From Candidatus Kapaibacterium sp. (GTDB lineage Bacteria; Bacteroidota; Ignavibacteria; Kapaibacteriales; Kapaibacteriaceae), in the NCBI GenBank assembly GCA_025455735.1, contig JALOMA010000007.1, positions 1-34,693 of the forward strand: 34,693 bases of DNA. Direction: 5' to 3'. Position numbers and translations under genes: made by a program. The notes under the pieces are model-generated. The model searched no databases, was not told the origin of the DNA, and saw only the letters and a list, made by a program, of their open reading frames with translations. Below, in pieces: positions 9,979 to 18,303 of this stretch (the stretch's first letter is position 1; each line of letters starts with the position of its first letter).

Positions 9979-10368
9979 CTACAAGCGCTTGCCTGCACTA
10001 CGCTTATTTCGCGAAGTGTTCGCAGGGATGGAAATGGATACCTCCTCCATCAATACCAAACCGTAGTCCCGCAGACTATTGATTACTTGAATGGTGCCAC
10101 GGCCCCTTTCCGTCAAAGCATAGTCAACATGGGGAGGTACTACAGGATGGACAGTACGCGAAATAAACCCATGCCTTTCCAAGTCACGCAGCTGCTGCGT
10201 CAGCATCTTCGTGGTAATGGAAGGAATATCGTCGCGTAATTCGCCGTAGCGCATGGATCGTTCGCGCAAACGCCAAAGGATGGGCATTTTCCACTTCCCA
10301 CCCAACAAATCAAGAACAAACTCTACGGGATTGTGATAGGTTGTGCCATTGTAGATAAAATCAGGCAT
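9979..10368 (-). CDS. HxlR-family winged-helix transcriptional regulator
   Basis: 129 aa with 'LLGGKWKMPILWRL...MRYGELRDDIPSITTKMLTQQLRDLERHGFISR', typical of HxlR/YodB. It is divergent from the DJ-1/reductase pair. Confidence 0.85.
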   Translation of the reverse strand: MPDFIYNGTTYHNPVEFVLDLLGGKWKMPILWRLRERSMRYGELRDDIPSITTKMLTQQLRDLERHGFISRTVHPVVPPHVDYALTERGRGTIQVINSLRDYGLVLMEEVSISIPANTSRNKRSAGKRL

Positions 10369-10397
10369 AAAAATCTTTCGCGCTAAGGGTATGGTTT

Positions 10398-10429
10398 TGC
10401 CAAAGATGCACCTTTTGGTGCGTATGGCA
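10398..10429. promoter_or_regulatory. Imperfect inverted repeat, candidate HxlR operator, in the divergent intergenic region
   Basis: The repeat is TGCCAaagatGCACC-tttt-GGTGCgtaTGGCA, 30 nt from the hxlR-like start. The arms are unequal (15 vs 13 nt), so support is weak. Confidence 0.25.
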
Positions 10430-10519
10430 CTTCATCGTACATACTTGACCCAAGGGATGATAAGCTGGAAGTTCGCGTTCTCCGAGACGAACATATTCCA
10501 TCCCTAGAGAGGACTCTTT

Positions 10520-11266
10520 ATGTCGGCAAACATCAATATGCGCAATCCGGAGCTACGCAAGCGTGTGCTCATGATTGCATCGAACCCATCGGTCTCCCCG
10601 ATTACCGGTTGGCCGGTGGGGATGTGGATTGCGGAACTGGCGCATCCGTGGCATGTTTTTTCGGAGGCAGGATATACGATGGACGTTGCATCGCCACTGG
10701 GCGGTGCAATTGAAATCGATGCATTCAGCGATCCGCGTCATGAAAGCGGTTATTCGGCACATGACGTTCTTTCACTGGGATTTTTATCCAGTCCATCGCA
10801 TGCGGCAATCCTTGGCAATACAGTCGACTTGGCAACCATCGATGTCACGAAGTATGACGCCGTGTTCTTCGTCGGTGGCCAAGCGCCAATGGTTACCTTC
10901 CCAGGAAACGAAGTCGTGCAGTCTGCGCTGCGAACGGCGTGGGAGTCAGGTTCGGTGGTGGCAATCGTATGCCATGCTACCTGCTTGTTGCTTGATACGC
11001 GACTTTCCGACGGTACATTATTGGCAGACGGGAAGACGTGGACTGGATTTGCGGATGCGGAAGAAGACTATGCCGACAGTTTTGTAGGCCAGCGGCTCCA
11101 ACCTTTTCGAATTGAAACGGAGGCTCGCAAGAATCCAGCAACAAACTTCATTACGGGCGGAATGTTCCGTCCGTTTGCGGTTCGTGACGGACGTTTGATC
11201 ACTGGCCAACAGCAGTTCTCTGGCACTGCAGCCGCGCGGCTGGTGGTGGAAGCGTTGGGCGTGTAA
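10520..11266 (+). CDS. DJ-1/PfpI-family (class I glutamine amidotransferase-like) protein
   Basis: 248 aa. The nucleophile-elbow cysteine context is 'VVAIVCHATCLL'. 'DAVFFVGGQAPM' is also present. An SD-like GAGAGGA lies upstream. Confidence 0.8.
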   Translation: MSANINMRNPELRKRVLMIASNPSVSPITGWPVGMWIAELAHPWHVFSEAGYTMDVASPLGGAIEIDAFSDPRHESGYSAHDVLSLGFLSSPSHAAILGNTVDLATIDVTKYDAVFFVGGQAPMVTFPGNEVVQSALRTAWESGSVVAIVCHATCLLLDTRLSDGTLLADGKTWTGFADAEEDYADSFVGQRLQPFRIETEARKNPATNFITGGMFRPFAVRDGRLITGQQQFSGTAAARLVVEALGV

Positions 11267-11289
11267 TTACCATTCAAGGGAGCGTAGAC

Positions 11290-11853
11290 ATGATCATTGC
11301 CATTGTAGGAAAAGGAAATGTGGGTACGGCGCTGGGAACATCGCTGGAGCGTTGTGGACACACGATACGATATGCAGAACGCGGTGATGTGACGGCGCAG
11401 GCTACGGGCGCGGACGTCGTGATCGTTGCAGCCAGCCCAGCGGGAACGACGGAGATCGCTCAAGCTCTCTTACCCGTGAGTGACGGTCTTGTTGTGATAG
11501 ACGCCATGAACAGCGTATCGATGAAACCAGAAGGGTATGCAACGAGCACACATGGTTTTCAGGCGCTGTTGCCAAAAGCACACGTCGCAAAGTGTTTCAA
11601 CACGGTGGGCTACGAAGTGATGGCAAATCCAAGCTTTGGCGACCTGCGAGCAACGATGTTCATGGCCGGTGATGATGCCACAGCAAAGGCCATGGCCAAA
11701 CGGCTGGCCCTGGACATTGGTTTTGGTTCTTGTGAAGACGTTGGGGGCAGCAATCGCTTCGAGACGATTGAGCACCTAGCCCTGGTGTGGATATCGTTGG
11801 CCATGATGCAAGGGAAAGGGCGCCGATTTGCCTGGCACCTTCTGGAGCGTTGA
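11290..11853 (+). CDS. NAD(P)-binding oxidoreductase (NADPH-dependent F420-reductase / P5C-reductase-like fold)
   Basis: The N-terminal Rossmann motif is 'MIIAIVGKGNVGTALG'. An SD-like AAGGGAG lies upstream, 23 nt after the DJ-1 gene. The substrate cannot be inferred. Confidence 0.7.
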   Translation: MIIAIVGKGNVGTALGTSLERCGHTIRYAERGDVTAQATGADVVIVAASPAGTTEIAQALLPVSDGLVVIDAMNSVSMKPEGYATSTHGFQALLPKAHVAKCFNTVGYEVMANPSFGDLRATMFMAGDDATAKAMAKRLALDIGFGSCEDVGGSNRFETIEHLALVWISLAMMQGKGRRFAWHLLER

Positions 11854-11892
11854 CCGTACGCACGGTGGCATTGTCACAAGACATACAATGAA

Positions 11893-11927
11893 GGGCCGGC
11901 ACCCCGTGTGGTGCCGGCCCTTTTGTT
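11893..11927. terminator. Rho-independent terminator between convergent genes
   Basis: An 11-bp GC-rich stem, GGGCCGGCACC/GGTGCCGGCCC, has a 6-nt loop and is followed by TTTTGTT on the + strand. It lies between the reductase stop (11853) and the ntrC-like stop (11952). Confidence 0.7.
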
Positions 11928-11951
11928 CACTGACAATGGCGTATAGTTTCG

Positions 11952-13439
11952 CTAGCGAGTCCGGTAGGTCTGCACGTCGATTCCGTATTTGCGGATTTTA
12001 TTATGCAGGGTTTCCCGGCTAACGCCTAGAATGGCGGCGGCCTTGGAAACGTTGCCTGCCGTGCGTTCCAGGGTCTTTTCGATCTTCAAACGGTCCACCA
12101 TGGCAAGATCGTCACGCAGGGTACGATCGGCAGATAGGATATCCGTGTCATTCGCTGATACTGAAGGAGCTGTTGCAGCGCTTGCGGCAGCGGGAGCGGG
12201 TGCCGGGGCAATCGATGCAGCTGCGGAAGCGTGCGACGTTGTGGTAAATCCTGGCCTTGATTGGGTAACACTTCGAGCCAGAATGCGATGCAGATCGGTT
12301 ACTTCCAGCTGATCCGTAGCGGTCGTTTGCAGGGCCACACGAAGGACGCTGGCCAACTCCCGAACATTACCGGGCCAGTCATATGCCATGAGGTAGTCCA
12401 TGGCAGCAGGTGCGACTGTTTTATGGTCGCCCATTTCACGGTTGTGTCGAGCCAAATAATGGTCGAGAATGAGCTGGATATCGTCCTTCCGTTCACGCAG
12501 CGAGGGGATAAAAATCTCGCACTCCCGCAGCCGATGATACAGTTGCTCGCGGAAACGTCCGTCTTGCATGGCACCAACAAGGTCGCGGTCCGTAGCGCTG
12601 ACGAATCGAATATCGACATCCTCAGTCTCCACTGAACCCACGCGGCGCACGGCTTTCTGTTCGGTAGGCAATAAGAGGTTGGCTTGAAGCTCAAGCGGCA
12701 TGTCGCCAATCTCATCCATGAAAAGAGTGCCCTTGTGGGCCTGATGGAACAAGCCTCGTTTGTGTTCCATGGCGCCAGAGAAGGCTCCCTTAACATGGCC
12801 GAAGAGTTCGCTTTGGAACAGTTCGCGAGGGATATTGGGAATATCGACGGTGATGAACTGATACTTGGATCGTTTGCTGACGGCGTGGAGGGCCTGGGCA
12901 ACGAGTTTTTTACCAGTTCCCGTTTCTCCGGTGATAAGGACGTTCAGATCGGTTCGGCCATAGCGAAGGATTTTGTCGGCAACTTCCATCATCAGGGTGC
13001 TGCGGCCAATGATGCCGTGCGTCTCGATGACGCGCCGTAGCTCGTCATTGGAAGAGTCTTGGCGTACACGTTCCATCGCGCTCTCGAGGACGTCGATGAG
13101 GCGTTCGTTGCTCAGGGATGATTTATCGATGAAATTGAGCGCTCCTAGCTTTGTAGCGCGCACGGCAGTTTCTATGGTACCCTTCCCGGAAATCATAATC
13201 ACAGGGATGTGCGGATACTGGCGGACACTGCGGTCCAGAACGTCCAGACCGGTCAAATCGCTTTCACTGCCGAACTCGATGTCAAGCAACATCAGGCCAA
13301 TCTCACGCGAGTGGCGTTCCAGGTGGTTCAACGCTGTTTCTGGGCTGAAGAACGTCTCTGCATGCCATCCTTGCCCCCGCACGACGTCGGCAATGGTGGA
13401 ACAGAAATCGCGGTTGTCGTCGACGATGAGAATCTTCAT
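11952..13439 (-). CDS. Sigma-54-dependent (NtrC-family) response regulator / enhancer-binding protein
   Basis: The REC domain has 'ILIVDDN' and 'MLLDIEF'. The AAA+ module has Walker A 'GETGTGKK', a GAFTGA-type loop 'GAFSGA' and Walker B 'LFMDEIGD'. An Ala/Pro-rich linker follows. The C-terminal Fis-type HTH is 'NVSKAAAILGVSRETLHNKIRKYGI'. Confidence 0.92.
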   Translation of the reverse strand: MKILIVDDNRDFCSTIADVVRGQGWHAETFFSPETALNHLERHSREIGLMLLDIEFGSESDLTGLDVLDRSVRQYPHIPVIMISGKGTIETAVRATKLGALNFIDKSSLSNERLIDVLESAMERVRQDSSNDELRRVIETHGIIGRSTLMMEVADKILRYGRTDLNVLITGETGTGKKLVAQALHAVSKRSKYQFITVDIPNIPRELFQSELFGHVKGAFSGAMEHKRGLFHQAHKGTLFMDEIGDMPLELQANLLLPTEQKAVRRVGSVETEDVDIRFVSATDRDLVGAMQDGRFREQLYHRLRECEIFIPSLRERKDDIQLILDHYLARHNREMGDHKTVAPAAMDYLMAYDWPGNVRELASVLRVALQTTATDQLEVTDLHRILARSVTQSRPGFTTTSHASAAASIAPAPAPAAASAATAPSVSANDTDILSADRTLRDDLAMVDRLKIEKTLERTAGNVSKAAAILGVSRETLHNKIRKYGIDVQTYRTR

Positions 13440-13444
13440 GTGGT

Positions 13445-13912
13445 TCAGTCCAAACGCTCAAGGAGCGCCATCAGCGAATCGTATTCAGCACGGAAAACCC
13501 GGCTTTGGAAGGTTTGCAGATCAGGGTTCCAGACAACGCGTAAATATACATTTCCAGATGCATTACTATAGGAAACAAAGCGGGCTCGCGTTCCACGAAC
13601 ATTCATTGCCTGCGTCTGCAAATAGGCAGCTTTGATGGCGTCCACGCGTTGGCAATAGTCCTGTGACGCCAATGCTCCAACGTAGGAACGTTGGAGCGAG
13701 TCACGATGGGTTCCTACAAGGGCTTCGACTTCGCCTTTCGAGGACAGTTCCCAGGCTTCGATTCGGCGTGTGGAGTCGTCCTCGGTGCCCCATTGGATAA
13801 CAAGGTCATGGAGCGCAGGTGAAAGGCATGGTGCCGGAGCGATTGGGCGTGTGGTCCCACATGCCACAACAATGCAGGCAAGGATTCCGGCGCCCGCCAT
13901 TATTGTCATCAT
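13445..13912 (-). CDS. Small lipoprotein of unknown function
   Basis: I shortened the 209-aa track ORF to the Met at 13912, which gives 'MMTIMAGAGILACIVVACG' (signal peptide plus lipobox Cys). That ATG overlaps the gltX TGA (ATGA). The longer version would overlap gltX by 165 nt. Confidence 0.6.
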   Translation of the reverse strand: MMTIMAGAGILACIVVACGTTRPIAPAPCLSPALHDLVIQWGTEDDSTRRIEAWELSSKGEVEALVGTHRDSLQRSYVGALASQDYCQRVDAIKAAYLQTQAMNVRGTRARFVSYSNASGNVYLRVVWNPDLQTFQSRVFRAEYDSLMALLERLD

Positions 13913-15348
13913 GCGAGATATGCGTCCAAGCGAGCAAGGCATCGTTCCGTACCGATCAACGTGAGTGTTTCGTAAAGATCTGCGCCTACCTCGCGGTGGG
14001 TGAGAACCATTCGCAGTGGCTTCATGAACTGCCCTGGCTTTAGCCCGCCAGCTGCAGCGGCCTCGGAGGCGCATGTCTTGAAGCTCTCTGCCGACGAGAG
14101 GTCGAGGTGGGCCCGTATGTGTTCGCAGGCCTTCCGGAGGGCACTGTTCTCCCGCAAGCCTTGTGCCACATCTGATGCAAGCGTGGCGAGGGTATCGCCA
14201 AAGATGTAGTCTCCAAACTCTGCAATGTCTGCAAGAAACGTCACCCGTTCTCGCAACAGCTTGATGGCGGCCGCAACGTAGTCTCGCTCGATGTAGGCAT
14301 GGCCCCTTTCCTGAAGCAAGGGCAGAAGTACATCGGCTAGCTGGGCAGGGTCTTTGGACGTCAGATACTGTGCGTTCATCCAGTCCAGCTTCTTGTAGTC
14401 GAAGATGGCTCCTGCCTTTTGGACACGTTCGAGTGCAAAGTGCTGGATGAGCTCTTCCATTGAGAAAAACTCACCTGTTGACCCAGGGTTCCAACCACAG
14501 AGTGCAACGAAGTTGACAAGTGCATCAGGGAAATAACCACGGGCACGGAAATCGCGTACCATGACGTCGCCATGACGTTTGGACATCTTCGAGCGATCCG
14601 GGTTCAAGAGGAGTGGTACATGGGCGAAGATTGGCGGTGCCCAACCAAAGGCCTCGTACAAAAGCACGTGTTTTGGCGTGGATGGCAACCACTCTTCGGC
14701 GCGAATGACGTGGCTGATTCGCATAAGATGGTCATCCACCACGTTCGCCAGGTGGTATGTTGGAAACCCGTCGCTTTTCAGGAGAATCTGATCATCGATT
14801 TCGCGACCGGCGACGACGACATCCCCACGTACCATATCCGTGAAGCGAACTTCACGTGTAAGGGGTACAAGAAGGCGAACTACGTGCGGTGCACCGTCAT
14901 CGAGCAGTCGTTGGGTTTCTGCCTCGCCCAAGGTGAACTGGTTACGCATGGCGGAACGGTCGTACCGCGGGGCGATGCCGGCAGCTTGCTGGCGCGTGCG
15001 CATGGCATCCAGCTCTTCGGCCGTATCGAATGCATAGTAGGCTGTGCCATTTGCCAAGAGCACCTGGGCATGTTCACGGTACAGGTCAAATCGTTCGCTT
15101 TGAACATAGGGGCCATAGGCTCCGCCGACGTGAGGACCTTCATCGAAGGTAACACCGGCCCAAGCCAACGAGGCGATCTGCTCATCCATGGCACCCTCGA
15201 CAAGGCGCGTACGGTCCGTGTCTTCCACACGAAGGATCATCACGCCGCCATGGTGTCTGGCAAAGAGGAAGTTATACAAAGCCGTTCGTAGGCTGCCGAT
15301 GTGCAGGAAGCCAGTCGGGGAGGGGGCAAATCGAACGCGGACGTCCAT
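13909..15348 (-). CDS. gltX: Glutamate--tRNA ligase
   Basis: The class I HIGH motif is 'PSPTGFLHIGSLRTAL' and the KMSKS motif is 'SKMSKR'. The length (479 aa) is typical. Confidence 0.95.
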   Translation of the reverse strand: MDVRVRFAPSPTGFLHIGSLRTALYNFLFARHHGGVMILRVEDTDRTRLVEGAMDEQIASLAWAGVTFDEGPHVGGAYGPYVQSERFDLYREHAQVLLANGTAYYAFDTAEELDAMRTRQQAAGIAPRYDRSAMRNQFTLGEAETQRLLDDGAPHVVRLLVPLTREVRFTDMVRGDVVVAGREIDDQILLKSDGFPTYHLANVVDDHLMRISHVIRAEEWLPSTPKHVLLYEAFGWAPPIFAHVPLLLNPDRSKMSKRHGDVMVRDFRARGYFPDALVNFVALCGWNPGSTGEFFSMEELIQHFALERVQKAGAIFDYKKLDWMNAQYLTSKDPAQLADVLLPLLQERGHAYIERDYVAAAIKLLRERVTFLADIAEFGDYIFGDTLATLASDVAQGLRENSALRKACEHIRAHLDLSSAESFKTCASEAAAAGGLKPGQFMKPLRMVLTHREVGADLYETLTLIGTERCLARLDAYLA

Positions 15349-15374
15349 AAGAGCTTCAGAGTGGGTGGGGAGGG

Positions 15375-15800
15375 TCAGCGTATGGTGGCCGATACTTCGG
15401 CAAAAGTCTTTTCTGTTTCGAATACCCGCACGGTAACGGAGTCGATGGAATGACCGTGCGGTAGACGTTCGACAATCCTGCGGAGGAGCATCGCTGCGAT
15501 GTTCTCGGCCGTGGACGGAACGTCGATGGTGACGACTTTCATCGCGTTGGTAGCAAAGAAGTCCATCATCACGCTATCCGATCGGTCACACAGAAAACAA
15601 TGATCCAGTTCATCGATCAGCGGCTGCACCATGGTCTTGACATCGAAGTAGTCCATGACCATGCCCGAGGCGTCTGGTTCGCCGCACAGGCGCACATCGG
15701 CCACATAGCTGTGGCCGTGGATGTTCCTGCATAGTCCGGCATGATCGGGCAGGCGATGCCCCATTTCCCAGCGGAATTCCTTGGCGATGATTGTCTGCAT
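15375..15800 (-). CDS. queD: 6-carboxy-5,6,7,8-tetrahydropterin synthase
   Basis: 141 aa, T-fold/PTPS family, with the QueD Cys-His-His motif 'CRNIHGHSY'. It starts 3 nt after the queF stop. Confidence 0.9.
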   Translation of the reverse strand: MQTIIAKEFRWEMGHRLPDHAGLCRNIHGHSYVADVRLCGEPDASGMVMDYFDVKTMVQPLIDELDHCFLCDRSDSVMMDFFATNAMKVVTIDVPSTAENIAAMLLRRIVERLPHGHSIDSVTVRVFETEKTFAEVSATIR

Positions 15801-15803
15801 GGA

Positions 15804-16166
15804 TCAGGGCCGACGGTACGTTGCTTCAATGACACTACTGATACCGCCACGAGCTTTCCATTCAGCAATGACGGTCATTTCAACGGGATTACAGGCTGCC
15901 ACCAGGTCATCGAGAATGGCATTGGTTACCGCTTCATAGAAAATGCCCTTCTGACGGAAATCCAGGTAGTAGTACTTGAGCGATTTCAACTCGATGCATG
16001 TCTCGCCGGGAATGTACCGCACCGTGATGGTGCCAAAGTCGGGTAGACCAGTCTTTGGGCACACGCTCGTGAACTCGGGGTTGACGTGCGTGATAACGTA
16101 CGGACGGGTCGGGGCGGGATTGGGGAAGGTTTCGAGGATCATGATCGTCGGAATTGGTGAAGCCAA
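15804..16166 (-). CDS. queF: NADPH-dependent 7-cyano-7-deazaguanine (preQ0) reductase, unimodular type
   Basis: The catalytic Cys context is 'EFTSVCPKTGLPDFG' and the QueF motif is 'ELKSLKYYY'. The track start is TTG 16166. ATG 16142 (MILETFPN...) is an alternative start. Confidence 0.88.
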   Translation of the reverse strand: MASPIPTIMILETFPNPAPTRPYVITHVNPEFTSVCPKTGLPDFGTITVRYIPGETCIELKSLKYYYLDFRQKGIFYEAVTNAILDDLVAACNPVEMTVIAEWKARGGISSVIEATYRRP

Positions 16167-16177
16167 TCGGTGAGCCG

Positions 16178-16185
16178 CAAAATTA
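16178..16185 (-). promoter_or_regulatory. Candidate -7 promoter box TAATTTTG upstream of queF
   Basis: The minus strand reads TAATTTTG, an exact TAnnTTTG match. It lies between the sppA terminator and queF, 11 nt from TTG 16166 and 35 nt from ATG 16142. Confidence 0.35.
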
Positions 16186-16205
16186 CCACCGTTCTGGCGA
16201 ACGGT

Positions 16206-16242
16206 AAACGAAAGCGGCGCCGGATGGTATATCCGGCGCCGC
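16206..16242 (-). terminator. Rho-independent terminator of sppA
   Basis: A perfect 12-bp stem GCGGCGCCGGAT/ATCCGGCGCCGC (16214-16225 / 16231-16242) has a 5-nt loop. It is followed on the minus strand by TTTCGTTT, 28 nt after the sppA stop. Confidence 0.75.
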
Positions 16243-16269
16243 TTGATGCTTGTGCGTGTGCTGTGGTTG

Positions 16270-18201
16270 CTAGCGGATGTCGATCAGTGCCGGCATGGTG
16301 GCCAACACATGCTCGCTCTTCGACATTGCGCCGACGGCACCAACGTATCGTACCTGGCGCTGGAGTTCGACAGGCATCTGTTCGTACACGTGCTGCCACG
16401 GCGTCTGTGGGCCAGCAACCTGCGAAACCAGAGCTTGAACCAGAACTTCGGATTCAATGCGCGCATCGTCTTCATCGTTGTTATCCAAACCGATCATCCG
16501 AAGGATGGCTTCGATTGGCTCCTTCTGCTTTGGATACACGGCGACGGGTACCTTCGTTCCTTTTGGCACGCCGAGCCGTTGCTTCATGAGATCGATGCTT
16601 GCCTGTAGGCCACCATGAACGTCTACAAGGCCCACTCCTTTAGCGGCATCGCCAGTCCAGACGCGGCCCTTAGCCACCGCACGGGTGTCGTCATATGTCT
16701 TCTTTCGAGACTCGGCAACCTTGCTGACGAAGCGCTGATAAATTGGCTGCGACATCCGCATGAGACGTGCCTTGTCGGCTTCGGTGAACTTCTGCAAAGG
16801 ATTCATGAACTGAGCTGACCGTCCCATGGATATCGTATCGATGGTGACGCCCAGCTTGCCCATCGTGCCGGCCAGATTGGGTATTGAGAGGATGACGCCA
16901 ATAGAACCCGTAATCGTTGCAGGATGGGCTACGATGGTATCACATGCCATGGCAATGTAGTAGCCACCACTGGCAGCAACATCACTCATGGACGCATAGA
17001 TGGGTTTCCCCGTTCGGGTGCGTATGTCGCGTATGGCTGCCCAGACCTCTTCCGACGCAATGACCGAGCCGCCCGGCGAGTCAATACGAAGGATAATGCC
17101 TTGCACGGACTTGTCGTCGGCTGCCTTTCTAAGGTTCCGCACCAGCGTACGGGAGTAAATGCCATCACCACCGAAGGGATCGCCATCGGAGCCTGGCATG
17201 ATGGCACCACTTGCATACACAATGGCAATGCCTTTGTCGCGGTCAATCGTGCCCGCATCGTCCACTGCCAGATCATCAGAGAGATAGCCGTTGATGCTCA
17301 CCGTCCGCAAGGACTGCGAGCTATCCTTCACGCCAGCAGCGTGCTTCATCTTTTCTCGAACCTCATGTTCGAAGGCAAACCCGTCAATCAGCCGTGCTTC
17401 CTTGGCATCGGACGCCGTATATACACCACTGTCCAGATGCATACGCACGGTTGCTTCGTCAATGGAGCGTGCGCGTGCTACAGCGGAAACAAACATGTCA
17501 TGGCGCTGTTGGATCAGGGCGCGGAGCTCTTCGCGGGCAGGTTCAGACCATCCTGTGCGTGTATAGGATTCCGCCGCCGACTTGTATTCTTCGAACTGTT
17601 GAACATGCCATTCAACACCAATTTTCTCGAACATGCCCTTTAGGAAAGGGGCCGAGGCACCAAAGGCCGAAAACTCGAGCATTCCTTCGGTTGGCATAAA
17701 AATCGAGTCGGCAACGGATGCGAGATAATACTGCTGTTTATTGCTGGCCTCGATGTATGCATAGATGAACTTCTTCGATTGTTTGAAGTCCATGAGGGCA
17801 TCGCGTAATTCCGTAAGCTTTGCCATGCCAACATCCGAAACCGAGCCTTTGAGGTAGAGACCTTTAATGCGATCGTCACTTTTTGCTCGCTCCAGAGCCT
17901 GCAAGGCATCCCGCAACGAGGCCGTCTTGTTCTGTCCTCCGAAGTCAAACGGCGCTGGCGTCGTCAGCTCAGGGAGACCTTTTGAAAGATCGAGTACCAG
18001 GACGGAGTTATCGCGAACGGAGACGGGTTTTTCATTGTCCAGCCCCTCGGTAATAATGCTGATGAACACTGCAAATCCAATGAAAAAACACAGCAGGAGT
18101 CCACCAATGATGGCTACTGGAATCCACCACCGAGATCGTTTTCTCTTTGGATAGTAGGTTGTTGGTGGGGGGACTGGTGGCTGCGAGGAGCTATCTTGCA
18201 T
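16270..18201 (-). CDS. sppA: Signal peptide peptidase SppA, 67K type (two S49 domains)
   Basis: 643 aa. The N-terminal TM helix is 'WWIPVAIIGGLLLCFFIGFAVFISII'. Two ClpP/S49-like halves are present, the second with 'SDVAASGGYYIAMACD'. Confidence 0.9.
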   Translation of the reverse strand: MQDSSSQPPVPPPTTYYPKRKRSRWWIPVAIIGGLLLCFFIGFAVFISIITEGLDNEKPVSVRDNSVLVLDLSKGLPELTTPAPFDFGGQNKTASLRDALQALERAKSDDRIKGLYLKGSVSDVGMAKLTELRDALMDFKQSKKFIYAYIEASNKQQYYLASVADSIFMPTEGMLEFSAFGASAPFLKGMFEKIGVEWHVQQFEEYKSAAESYTRTGWSEPAREELRALIQQRHDMFVSAVARARSIDEATVRMHLDSGVYTASDAKEARLIDGFAFEHEVREKMKHAAGVKDSSQSLRTVSINGYLSDDLAVDDAGTIDRDKGIAIVYASGAIMPGSDGDPFGGDGIYSRTLVRNLRKAADDKSVQGIILRIDSPGGSVIASEEVWAAIRDIRTRTGKPIYASMSDVAASGGYYIAMACDTIVAHPATITGSIGVILSIPNLAGTMGKLGVTIDTISMGRSAQFMNPLQKFTEADKARLMRMSQPIYQRFVSKVAESRKKTYDDTRAVAKGRVWTGDAAKGVGLVDVHGGLQASIDLMKQRLGVPKGTKVPVAVYPKQKEPIEAILRMIGLDNNDEDDARIESEVLVQALVSQVAGPQTPWQHVYEQMPVELQRQVRYVGAVGAMSKSEHVLATMPALIDIR

Positions 18202-18303
18202 GGTAATTCTCCGGTAAATCGATTGGTAACGGCGGTAGCAAACGCAGGCGGGCTACGCATGCCGCGGCCGAAAGGTTGCACACGGTGCAAAACGAACATA
18301 ACA

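Noticed and set aside
13913-14074. N-terminal extensions offered by the ORF track: 13913-14074 (lipoprotein), 18196-18303 (queA), 22361-22405 (dnaG), 23254-23346 (ferritin) and 9885-9947 (T9SS cargo).
   Set aside because: The extensions overlap neighbouring genes or promoter regions and are Arg-rich or non-homologous. In each case an internal Met restores a canonical N-terminus: a signal peptide, the conserved family start, or an ATGA coupling.
16167-16213. A possible preQ1 riboswitch upstream of queF (hairpin ACCGTTC-GCCA-GAACGGT). A similar candidate lies upstream of queA (TTGCAC-acg-GTGCAA followed by an A-rich tail, ~18270-18303).
   Set aside because: Neither fits what I recall of preQ1-I architecture: a ~5-bp P1 with a 10-12-nt loop carrying the ligand-contacting C, followed by an A-rich tail that forms a pseudoknot. 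The loops here are only 3-4 nt, and the queF spacer is largely taken up by the sppA terminator and a -7 box. An Infernal scan with the Rfam preQ1 models would settle it.
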